Below, one piece after another: positions 1 to 11,900 of a DNA stretch of 38,838 nucleotides. Below the pieces are notes generated by a model that made no database searches, was not told where the DNA came from, and saw only the letters and a list, made by a program, of their open reading frames with translations. How positions within the stretch are numbered: position 1 is the stretch's first letter; the number at the start of each line of letters is the position of its first letter. Source of the stretch: Chiloscyllium plagiosum (taxonomy: Eukaryota); the NCBI RefSeq assembly GCF_004010195.1, contig NW_025214071.1:1-38838 (forward strand). The letters are read 5' to 3'. Made by a program: the position numbers and the translations under genes.

Positions 1-917
1 GACATTACACTGCACACCACAGGACAGTACACTTTTCACCACAGGACAGTACACTGTACACCACAGGACAATACACTGTACACCACAGGACATTACACTG
101 CGCACCACAGGATATTACACTGTACAGCACAGGACAATACACTGTACACCACAGGATATTACACTGCACACCACAGAATATTACACTGCACACCACAGGA
201 CAATACACTGCACACCACAGGACATTACACTGTACATTACAGGACAGTACACTGCACACCACAGGACAATACACTGCACACCACAGGCCAATACACTGCA
301 CACCACAGGACAATACACTGTACACCACAAGACATTACACTGCACACCACAGAATATTACACTGTACACCACAGGACAATACACTGCACACCACAGGATA
401 ATACACTGTACACCACAGGAAAATACACTGTACACCACAGGACATTACACTGTACACCACAGGACAATACACTGTACAGCACAGGACAGTACACTGTACA
501 CCACAGGACAATACACTGTACACCACAGGACATTACACTGCACACCACAAGACTGTACACTGTACACCACAGGACAATACACTGCACTCCAGAGGACAAT
601 ACACTGCACTCCACAGGATATTACACTGTACACCACAGGACAGTACACTGCACTCCACAGGACAGTACACTGTACACCACAGGACATTACACTGCACACC
701 ACAAGACTGTACACTGTACACCACAGGACAATACACTGCACACCACAAGACTGTACACTGTACACCACAGGACAATACACTGCACTCCACAGGACATTAC
801 ACTGTACACCACAGGACATTACACTGCACTCCACAGGACATTACACTGTACACCACAGGACAGTACACTGCACTCCACAGGACATTACACTGTACACCAC
901 AGGACAGTACACTGTAC
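1..917. repeat. 22-bp tandem minisatellite, consensus approx. GACA(T/A/G)TACACTG(C/T)ACACCACAG, about 41 copies, runs off the window start
   Basis: 22-nt period visible directly; explains the repetitive minus-strand ORFs in 5..834. Confidence 0.95.
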
Positions 918-929
918 TTTATCGACTGA

Positions 930-1462
930 ACCAAACATCTTCAGCTGCTTCGTCAATGACCTTCCCTCCATCTTAAAGTCGGAACTGGAGATAGTCGCCA
1001 ATGATGGCACAATGTTGAGCACCATTCGCAACTCCTCAGACACTGAAGCAGTCCATACCTAAATGCAACAACATCTGGACAATATTCAGGCTTGGGTTGA
1101 CAAGTGACAAGTAACGTTTGCCAGACAATGCCAGGCAATAACCATCACCAATAAGGGACAATCTAACCACCGCCCCATGACATTCAATGGTGTTACCATC
1201 ACTGAATCCCCCACTATCAACATCCTGGAGATAACCATTGACCGGAATCTTAATGGACACATCACATAAACACAGCGGCTACAAGAGCAGGTCAGAGACT
1301 AGGAATACTAACTCCCCTCCTGACTCCCCAAAGCCTGTCCACCATCTACAAGGCACAAGTCAGGAGGGTGAGGGAATACTCCCCACTGGCCTGGACAGGG
1401 GCAGCCCCAACAACACTCAAGAAGCTCAACACCCTCCAGGACCCAACAGCCTGCTGCTTATT
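930..1462 (+). mobile_element. CR1-clade LINE fragment (RT C-terminal part), degenerate
   Basis: Encodes IFSCFVNDLPSILKSEL..ANDGTM (degenerate FADD region); reverse-complement homolog of the LINE at 25400-25960. Confidence 0.8.
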
Positions 1463-1902
1463 AATGATCTGTCGTTGTACACTTTGTCTTTAAATCACTT
1501 TAAATAATTAATTTCATTGTATTGTACAGAATTTGAATAGTCCCAAAAATAAACAAAAAGTCAATGTTTTGTCTTTAATTCACCTGGACAGTCATTGCTA
1601 GAAACCAAATTGGGAACATTAGTTGTTGGAGCATGAGGAAAGGTTGCAGTGTGGTTGGTGGGAGAGTACACCAGGGATTGGGTCCACCATGGTAATGGTG
1701 TCTCACGTACAGGACAGCACGCTGTATATGACAGGCATCAATACACTGTGCTGCATCTGTAAGACTCAGCACACCATACTCCAGGGTGAGCACAGAGTAT
1801 AACATGGACAAGTGCACATTGGCCTGCATGGTTTGGACAAGAGAGGAATTGCGATTGTGGAAATGTTAATGTTTATGGTTCTCTTCCTGTCTCTAACTCC
1901 AG

Positions 1903-1966
1903 CCGAAACCTGAGGGATTTTCCTACTTCTTACCAGAAATCATCGAGGGCAACAAGATCTATACAG
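1903..1966 (+). CDS. IQCA1: IQCA1-like internal coding exon A (PKPEGFSYFLPEIIEGNKIYT-D)
   Basis: Pyrimidine tract and AG at 1901-1902; peptide resembles recalled IQCA1 FLP..EG..Y segment; ends CAG|GCAAGG (GC donor) in phase 1, matching the next exon. Confidence 0.7.
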
Positions 1967-1990
1967 GCAAGGAACTCAGAGTGAGATTGT

Positions 1991-2048
1991 ATGTGTGTGT
2001 GTGTGTGTGTCTGTGTGTGTGTGTGTGTCTGTGTCTGTGTGTGTGTGT

Positions 2049-2085
<37 letters not shown>

Positions 2086-2600
2086 TGTGTATGTGTATCT
2101 GTGTGTCTGTGTGTGTGTGTCTGTCTGTGTGTGTGTGTCTATGTGTGTGTGGGTGTGTCTGTGTGTGTGTGTGTGTCTGTGTGTGTGNNNNNNNNNNNNN
2201 NNNNNNNNNNNNNNNNNNNNNNNNNNNNNNNNNNNNNNNNNNNNNNNNNNNNNNNNNNNNNNNNNNNNNNNNNNNNNNNNNNNNNNNNNNNNNNNNNNNN
2301 NNNNNNNNNNNNNNNNNNNNNNNNNNNNNNNNNNNNNNNNNNNNNNNNNNNNNNNNNNNNNNNNNNNNNNNNNNNNNNNNNNNNNNNNNNNNNNNNNNNN
2401 NNNNNNNNNNNNNNNNNNNNNNNNNNNNNNNNNNNNNNNNNNNNNNNNNNNNNNNNNNNNNNNNNNNNNNNNNNNNNNNNNNNNNNNNTGGGTGGGTTTG
2501 TCTGTGTGTTTGGGAGGGTGTGTCTGTCTGTGTGTGGGTGTGTGTGTCTGTGTGTGACTGTAGTGAGATGGTCAGTGTGTCTGTAGTGAGTCTGTCAGTG
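1991..2600. repeat. (TG)n/(TC)-interrupted microsatellite flanking an assembly gap
   Basis: Visible dinucleotide repeat on both sides of the N run. Confidence 0.95.
2188..2488. other. Assembly gap (301 N)
   Basis: Run of N. Confidence 1.
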
Positions 2601-2815
2601 TGCTCACACTGAGTACTGATGCTGGTGATGTCCTGTCTTATTGGTTGTTGGGGTGTAGGGAGTATGTTGTCAGAGTCAGGGGGAGAGTGGAATCTTTTGT
2701 AAGAATGTTCTGGAGTCAGTCTGACCTGAAAGGGGAGTGAAGGGTTGCTTTATGTGATGTGTCAGTGACAATGGCGGGCTGTTGATGCAGTTTAAATTGT
2801 GTGTTTTTCTGACAG

Positions 2816-2922
2816 ACGTGTGGAGGGAACGTGATGAATCCACCAACCACCGTCAGAAACATGATGTGGAACTGGAGAAGGAGGAAAAGAGGAAGGAGGT
2901 GGAGAAAGAGATTCGACTTCAG
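2816..2922 (+). CDS. IQCA1: IQCA1-like exon B (D-VWRERDESTNHRQKHDVELEKEEKRKEVEKEIRLQ)
   Basis: ttttctgacAG acceptor, CAG|GTGAGA donor; matches recalled IQCA1 W..DES.N..Q..D.EL.KEEKRKE...EIR.Q; phase 1 in, phase 0 out. Confidence 0.9.
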
Positions 2923-2948
2923 GTGAGACTCTCAAACAGCACTGGCCA

Positions 2949-5900
2949 AGCACAGGCCTCAGTGTAGGGGCACAGGCCTCAGTGTAGGGGCACAGGCCTC
3001 AGTGTAGGGGCACAGGCCACACTGTCCAAGCACAGGCCTCACTGACCGAGCACAGGCCTCAATCTCTGGGCACAGGCCTCACTGTCTGAGCACAGGCCTC
3101 AATCTCTGGGCACAGGCCACACTGTCTGAGCGCAGGCCGCACTGTCCGAGCACAGGCCGCACTGTCTGAGCACAGGCCTCACTGTCTAAGCACAGGCCAC
3201 ACTGTCTGAGCACAGGCCACACTGTCCGAGCGCAGGCCTCCCTGTCCGAGCGCAGGCCTCCCTGTCCGAGCGCAGGCCTCCCTGTCCGAGCACAGGCCTC
3301 ACTGTCCGAGCACAGGCCTCAATCTCTGGGCACAGGCCACACTGTCTGAGCGCAGGCCGCACTGTCCAAGCACAGGCCTCACTGTCAGAGCACAAGCCAC
3401 ACTGTCCGAGCGCAGACTTCACTGTCCAGGCACAGGCTTCACTGTCTGAGCACAGGCCTCACTATCCGAGCACAGGCCTCACTGTCCGAGCACAGGCCTC
3501 ACTGTCCGAGCACAGGCCTCACTGTCTGAGCACAGACCTCTCTATCCGAGACAGGCCTCACTGTCCGAGCGCAGGCCTCACTGTCTAAGCACAGGCCTCA
3601 CTCTCTGGGCACAGGCCTCACTCTCTGGGCACAGGCCTCACTCTCTGGGCACAGGCCACACTGTCTGAGCGCAGGCCTCACTGTCTGAGCGCAGGCCTCA
3701 CTGTCTGAGCGCAGGCCTCACTGTCTGAGCACAGGCCACACTGTCCGGGCGCAGGCCTCCCTGTCCGGGCGCAGGCCTCACTGTCCGGGCACAGGTCACA
3801 CTGTCCTCGCACAGGCCTCACTGTCAAAGTACATGCCTCACTATCCGAGCACAAGCCTCACTGTCCGAGCACAGGCCTCACTGTCCGAGCGCAGGCCTCA
3901 CTGTCCGAGCGCAGGCCTCACTGTCCGAGCGCAGGCCTCACTGTCTGAGCGCAGGCCACACTGTCTGAGCGCAGGCCTCACTGTCTGAGCGCAGGCCTCA
4001 CTGTCCGAGCACAGGCCTCACTGTCTGAGCACAGGCCACACTGTCTGAGCACAGGCCACACTGTCCGGGCGCAGGCCTCCCTGTCCGGGCGCAGGCCTCA
4101 CTGTCCGAGCACAGGCCTCAGTCTCTGGGCACAGACCACACTGTCTGAGCGCAGGCCGCACTGTCCAAGCACAGGCCACACTGTCCGAACGCAGACCTCA
4201 CTGTCCGGACACAGGCCTCTCCATCCGAGCACAGGCCTCACTGTCCGAGCACAGGCCTCACTGTCCGAGCACAGGCCTCACTGTCCAAGCGCAGACCTCA
4301 CTGTCCAGGCACAGGCCTTACTGTCTCAGCACAGGCCTCACTATCCGAGCACAGGCCTCACTGTCCGAGCACAGGCCTCACTGTATGAGCGCAGGCCTCA
4401 CTGTCTGAGCACAGGCCACACTGTCCGAGCGCAGGCCTCCCAGTCCGAGCACAGGCCTCACTGTCCGAGCACTAGCCTCCCTGTCCGAGCACAGGCCTCA
4501 CTGTCCGAGCACAGGCCTCAATCTCTGGGCACAGGCCTCACTGTCTGAGCGCAGGCCACACTGTCCGAGCGCAGGCCTCACTGTCCGGACACAGGCCTCT
4601 CTATCCGAGCATAGGCCTCACTGTCCGAGCACTAGCCTCCCTGTCCGAGCACTAGCCTCCCTGTCCGTGCACAGGCCTCACTGTCCGGGCACAGGCCTCA
4701 CTGTCCGGGCACAGGCCTCAGTGTCCTAGCAGAGGCCTCAATGTCTAAGTGCAAGCCTCAATGTCCGAACACAGGCCTCACTGTCCGAGCACAGGCCTCA
4801 CCGTCCGAGCACAGGCCTCACCGTCCGAGCACAGGCCTCACCGTCCGTGCACAGGCCTCACCGTCCGTGCACAGGCCTCACCGTCCGTGCACAGGCCTCA
4901 CTGTCCTAGCACAGGCCTCACTGTCCTAGCACAGGCCTCACTGTCTGAGCCCAGACCATACTGTCCGAGCATTGGCCTCAGTGTTCGAGCACAGGCCTCA
5001 CTGTCCGAGCGCAGGCCTCACTGTCCGAGCGCAGGCCTCACTGTCCGAGCACAGGCCTCACTGTCTGAGCCCAGACCATACTGTCCGAGCACAGGCCTCA
5101 GTGTTCGAGCACAGGCCTCACTGTCCGAGCGCAGGCCTCACTGTCCGAGCGCAGGCCTCACTGTCCGATCACAGGCCTCACTGTCTGAGCACAGGCCTCA
5201 CTGTCCAAGCGCAGACCTCACTGTCCAGGCACAGGTCCCACTGTCCGAGCACAGGCCTCCCTGTCCGAGCACAGGCCTCCCTGTCCGAGCACATGCCTCA
5301 ATCTCTGGGCACAGGCCTCACTGTCTGAGCGCAGGCCACACTGTCCGAGCGCAGGCCTCACTGTCCGGACACAGGCCTCTCTATCCGAGCACAGGCCTCT
5401 CTATCCGAGCACATGCCTCACTGTCCAAGCACAGGCCGCACTGTCTGAGCGCAGGCTTCACTATCCGAGCACAGGCTTCACTGTCCGGGCACAGGCCTCA
5501 CTGTCCGGGCACAGGCTTCAGTGTCCTAGCACAGGCCTCAATGTCTATATGCAAGCCTCAATGTCCGAGCACAGGCTTCACTGTCCGAACACAGGCCTCA
5601 CTGTCCGTGCACAGGCCTCACTGTCCGTGCACAGGCCTCACTGTCTGGGCACAGGCCTCACTGTCCGAGCACAGGCCTCACTGTCTGAGCCCAGGCCATA
5701 CTGTCCGAGCACAGGCCTCAGTGTTCGAGCACAGGCCTCAGTGTCCGAACACAGGCTTCACTGTCCGAACACAGGCCTCACTGTCCGAACACAGGCCTCA
5801 CTGTCGGAACACAGGCCTCACCGTCCGAACACAGGCTTCACTGTCCGAACACAGGCCTCACTGTCCGTGCACAGGCCTCACTGTCCATGCACAGGCCTCA

Positions 5901-8900
5901 CTGTCCGAGCACAGGCCTCAGTGTTCGAGCACAGGCCTCAGTGTCCGAACACAGGCTTCACTGTCCGAACACAGGCCTCACTGTCCGAACACAGGCCTCA
6001 CTGTCCGAACACAGGCCTCACCGTCCGTGCACAGGCCTCACCGTCCGTGCACAGGCCTCACCGTCCTAGCACAGGCCTCACCGTCCTAGCACAGGCCTCA
6101 CTGTCAGGGCACAGGCCTCACTGTCCGAGCACAGGCCTCACTGTCCGAGCACAGGCCTCACTGTCTGAGCCCAGGCCATACTGTCCGAGCACAGGCCTCA
6201 GTGTTCGAGCACAGGCCTCAGTGTCCGGGCACAGGCCTCAGTGTCTAAGCGCAAACAACACTGTCCAAGCGCAGGCCACACTGTCTAAGCGCAGGTCTCA
6301 ATGTCCGAGCACAGGCCTCACTGTCCGTGCACAGGCCTCACTGTCCGTGCACAGGCCTCAATGTCCGAGCGCAGGCCGCACTGTCCGCGCACAGGCCACA
6401 CTGTCTGACCGCAGGCCTCACTGTCCGGGCACAGGCCTCACTGTCTGGGCACAGGCCTCACTGTCTGGGCACAGGCCTCACTGTCCTAGCACAGGCTTCA
6501 CTGTCTGGGCACAGGCCTCACTGTCTGGGCACAGGCCTCACTGTCTGGGCACAGGCCTCACTGTCCTAGCACAGGCCTCACTGTCTGGGCACAGGCCTCA
6601 CTGTCCGAGCACAGGCCTCACCGTCCGTGCACTGGCCTCACTGTCTGGGCACAGGCTTCACTGTCCGAGCACAGGCTTCACTGCCCGAGCAGAGGCCTCA
6701 CTGTCCAAGTACATACCTCACTATCCGAGCACAGGCCTCACTGTCTGAGCACAGGCCTCACTGTCTGAGCGCAGGTCTCACTCTCCGGGCACAGGCCTCA
6801 CTGTCCGAGCGCAGGTCACAATGTCCGAGCACAGGCCTCACTGTCCGAGCACAGGCCTCACTGTCCGAGCACAGCCTCACTGTCCGGGCACAGGCCTCAC
6901 TGTCTGAGCACAGGCCTCAATGTCTGAGCACTTGCCTCAATGTCTGAGCACAGGCCTCAGTTTCCGAGCATAGGCCTCACTGTCTGAGAGTATTCTCACT
7001 GTGCAAGCACAGGCCACACTGTCCAAGTACATGCTTCACTGTCCGAGCACAGGCCTCACTGTCTGAGCGCAGGCCTCACTGTCCGAGCGCAGTCCTCACT
7101 GATGAGCGCAGGCCTCACTGATGTACTTGGCCACACTGTCCAAGTACATGCCTCACTGTCTGGGCACAGGCCTCACTGTCTGGGCACAGGCCTCACTGTC
7201 TGGGCACAAGCCTCACTGTTGGAGCACAGGCCTCGCTGTCCAGGCACAGGCTTCACTGTCCAAGCTCAGGCCTCACTGTCCGAGCACAGGCCTCACACTG
7301 TCTGAGCACAGGCCTCACTGTCCGCACACACACCTCACTATCCACGCGCAGGCCTCACTGTCCATGCGCGGGCCTCACTGTCCATGCGCGGGCCTCACTG
7401 TCCGGGCGCAGGCCTCACTGTCCGGGCGCGGGCCTCACTGTTTGGACACAGGCCTCAGTGTGCGGACACAGGCCTCACTGTGCGGGCACAGGCCTCACTG
7501 TCCGAGCACAGGCCTCACTGTCCGAGCACAGGCCTCACTGTCCGAGCACAGGCCTCACTGTCTGGACACGGGCGCCTCACTGTCCGCACACACACCTCAC
7601 TATCCACGCGCAGGCCTCACTGTCCATGCGCGGGCCTCACTGTCCGGGCGCAGGCCTCACTGTCCGGGCGCGGGCCTCACTGTTTGGACACAGGCCTCAG
7701 TGTGCGGACACAGGCCTCACTGTGCGGGCACAGGCCTCACTGTCCGAGCACAGGCCTCACACTGTCTGAGCACAGGCCTCACTGTCCGCACACACACCTC
7801 ACTATCCACGCGCAGGCCTCACTGTCCATGCGCGGGCCTCACTGTCCGGGCGCAGGCCTCACTGTCCGGGCGCGGGCCTCACTGTTTGGACACAGGCCTC
7901 AGTGTGCGGACACAGGCCTCACTGTGCGGGCACAGGCCTCACTGTCCGAGCACAGGCCTCACACTGTCTGAGCACAGGCCTCACTGTCCGCACACACACC
8001 TCACTATCCACGCGCAGGCCTCACTGTCCATGCGCGGGCCTCACTGTCCGGGCGCAGGCCTCACTGTCCGGGCGCGGGCCTCACTGTTTGGACACAGGCC
8101 TCAGTGTGCGGACACAGGCCTCACTGTGCGGGCACAGGCCTCACTGTCCGAGCACAGGCCTCACACTGTCTGAGCACAGGCCTCACTGTCCGCACACACA
8201 CCTCACTATCCACGCGCAGGCCTCACTGTCCATGCGCGGGCCTCACTGTCCGGGCGCAGGCCTCACTGTCCGGGCGCGGGCCTCACTGTTTGGACACAGG
8301 CCTCAGTGTGCGGACACAGGCCTCACTGTGCGGGCACAGGCCTCACTGTCCGAGCACAGGCCTCACACTGTCTGAGCACAGGCCTCACTGTCCGCACACA
8401 CACCTCACTATCCACGCGCAGGCCTCACTGTCCATGCGCGGGCCTCACTGTCCGGGCGCAGGCCTCACTGTCCGGGCGCGGGCCTCACTGTTTGGACACA
8501 GGCCTCAGTGTGCGGACACAGGCCTCACTGTGCGGGCACAGGCCTCACTGTCCGAGCACAGGCCTCACACTGTCTGAGCACAGGCCTCACTGTCCGCACA
8601 CACACCTCACTATCCACGCGCAGGCCTCACTGTCCATGCGCGGGCCTCACTGTCCGGGCGCAGGCCTCACTGTCCGGGCGCGGGCCTCACTGTTTGGACA
8701 CAGGCCTCAGTGTGCGGACACAGGCCTCACTGTGCGGGCACAGGCCTCACTGTCCGAGCACAGGCCTCACACTGTCTGAGCACAGGCCTCACTGTCCGCA
8801 CACACACCTCACTATCCACGCGCAGGCCTCACTGTCCATGCGCGGGCCTCACTGTCCGGGCGCAGGCCTCACTGTCCGGGCGCGGGCCTCACTGTTTGGA

Positions 8901-11900
8901 CACAGGCCTCAGTGTGCGGACACAGGCCTCACTGTGCGGGCACAGGCCTCACTGTCCGAGCACAGGCCTCACACTGTCTGAGCACAGGCCTCACTGTCCG
9001 CACACACACCTCACTATCCACGCGCAGGCCTCACTGTCCATGCGCGGGCCTCACTGTCCGGGCGCAGGCCTCACTGTCCGGGCGCGGGCCTCACTGTTTG
9101 GACACAGGCCTCAGTGTGCGGACACAGGCCTCACTGTGCGGGCACAGGCCTCACTGTCCGAGCACAGGCCTCACACTGTCTGAGCACAGGCCTCACTGTC
9201 CGCACACACACCTCACTATCCACGCGCAGGCCTCACTGTCCATGCGCGGGCCTCACTGTCCGGGCGCAGGCCTCACTGTCCGGGCGCGGGCCTCACTGTT
9301 TGGACACAGGCCTCAGTGTGCGGACACAGGCCTCACTGTGCGGGCACAGGCCTCACTGTCCGAGCACAGGCCTCACACTGTCTGAGCACAGGCCTCACTG
9401 TCCGCACACACACCTCACTATCCACGCGCAGGCCTCACTGTCCATGCGCGGGCCTCACTGTCCGGGCGCAGGCCTCACTGTCCGGGCGCGGGCCTCACTG
9501 TTTGGACACAGGCCTCAGTGTGCGGACACAGGCCTCACTGTGCGGGCACAGGCCTCACTGTCCGAGCACAGGCCTCACACTGTCTGAGCACAGGCCTCAC
9601 TGTCCGCACACACACCTCACTATCCACGCGCAGGCCTCACTGTCCATGCGCGGGCCTCACTGTCCGGGCGCAGGCCTCACTGTCCGGGCGCGGGCCTCAC
9701 TGTTTGGACACAGGCCTCAGTGTGCGGACACAGGCCTCACTGTGCGGGCACAGGCCTCACTGTCCGAGCACAGGCCTCACACTGTCTGAGCACAGGCCTC
9801 ACTGTCCGCACACACACCTCACTATCCACGCGCAGGCCTCACTGTCCATGCGCGGGCCTCACTGTCCGGGCGCAGGCCTCACTGTCCGGGCGCGGGCCTC
9901 ACTGTTTGGACACAGGCCTCAGTGTGCGGACACAGGCCTCACTGTGCGGGCACAGGCCTCACTGTCCGAGCACAGGCCTCACACTGTCTGAGCACAGGCC
10001 TCACTGTCCGCACACACACCTCACTATCCACGCGCAGGCCTCACTGTCCATGCGCGGGCCTCACTGTCCGGGCGCAGGCCTCACTGTCCGGGCGCGGGCC
10101 TCACTGTTTGGACACAGGCCTCAGTGTGCGGACACAGGCCTCACTGTGCGGGCACAGGCCTCACTGTCCGAGCACAGGCCTCACACTGTCTGAGCACAGG
10201 CCTCACTGTCCGCACACACACCTCACTATCCACGCGCAGGCCTCACTGTCCATGCGCGGGCCTCACTGTCCGGGCGCAGGCCTCACTGTCCGGGCGCGGG
10301 CCTCACTGTTTGGACACAGGCCTCAGTGTGCGGACACAGGCCTCACTGTGCGGGCACAGGCCTCACTGTCCGAGCACAGGCCTCACACTGTCTGAGCACA
10401 GGCCTCACTGTCCGCACACACACCTCACTATCCACGCGCAGGCCTCACTGTCCATGCGCGGGCCTCACTGTCCGGGCGCAGGCCTCACTGTCCGGGCGCG
10501 GGCCTCACTGTTTGGACACAGGCCTCAGTGTGCGGACACAGGCCTCACTGTGCGGGCACAGGCCTCACTGTCCGAGCACAGGCCTCACACTGTCTGAGCA
10601 CAGGCCTCACTTTCCGAGCACAGGCTTCGCTGGCTGAGCACAGGCCTCGCTGTCCGAGCACAGGCCTCGCTGTTTGGACACAGGCCTCACTGTCCGAGCA
10701 AAGGCCTCATTGTCCCAGCAGAGGCCTCGCTGTCTGAGCACAGGCCTCACTGTCCGAGTGCAGGTCTCACTGTCTGAGCACCAGTCTCGCTGTCCGAGCA
10801 CAGGCCCGCTGTCCGAGCACAGGCCTCACTGTCTGTGCACAGGCCTCACTGTCCGTGCACAGGCCTCACTGTCCGAGCACAGGCCTCACTGTCCGAGCAC
10901 AGGCTTCACTGTCCGAGCACAGGCCTCACTGTCCGAGCACAGGCTTCACTGTCCGAGCACAGGCTTCACCGTCCGAGCACAGGCCTCACCGTCCGTGCAC
11001 AGGCCTCACTGTCCTAGCACAGGCCTCACTGTCTGGGCACAGGCTTCACTGCCCGAGCACAGGCCTCACTGTCTGAGTACAGACCTTATTGTCTGAGCGC
11101 AGGACTCACTATACGAGCACAGGCCTCACTGTCCGAGCACAGGCCTCACTGTATTAGCGCAGGCCTCACTGTCTGAGCCCAGGCCTCACTGTCTGAGCGC
11201 AGGCCTCTCTATCCGGGCACTGGCAACACTGTCCAAGGTCAGGCCAAACTGTCCGAGCACAGGCCTCAGTGTCCGGGCACAGGCCTCAGTGTCCAAGCGC
11301 AGACAACACTGTCTGAGCGCAGGTCTCAATGTCCGAGCACAAGTCTCGCTGTCCAAGCACCGGTCTCGCTGACCGAGCACAGGCCTCAGTGTCTGAGCAC
11401 AGGCCTCACTGTCCGTGCATAGGCCTCACTGTCTGACCACAGGCCTCACTGTCCGAGCACAGGCCTCACTGTTTGGACACAGGTCTCACTTTCCGAGCAC
11501 AGGCTTCGCTGGCTGAGCACAGGCCTCGCTGTCCGAGCACAGGCCTCGCTGTTTGGACACAGGCCTCACTGTCCGAGCAAAGGCCTCATTGTCCCAGCAG
11601 AGGCCTCGCTGTCTGAGCACAGGCCTCACTGTCCGAGTGCAGGTCTCACTGTCTGTGCACAGGCCTCACTGTCCGTGCACGGGCCTCACTATCCGTGCAC
11701 GGGCCTCACTGTCCGTGCACGGGCCTCACTCTCCGGGCACGGTCTTCACTGTCCGAGCACCGGCCTCACTGTCCGAGCACCGGCCTCACTGTCCGAGCAC
11801 CGGCCTCACTGTCCGAGCACAGGCCTCACTGTCCGAGCACAGGCCTCACTGTCTGAGCACAGGCCTCACTGTCTGGACACAGGCCTCACTGTCCGAGCAC

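Noticed and set aside
5..834. Cys/Val-rich minus-strand ORFs
   Set aside because: Translations of the 22-bp minisatellite
1978..1986. AGA|GTGAGA as the donor of exon A
   Set aside because: Phase 0, incompatible with the strong phase-1 acceptor at 2816; kept only as an alternative
1981..2612. CV-repeat ORFs of about 200 aa
   Set aside because: TG microsatellite and N gap
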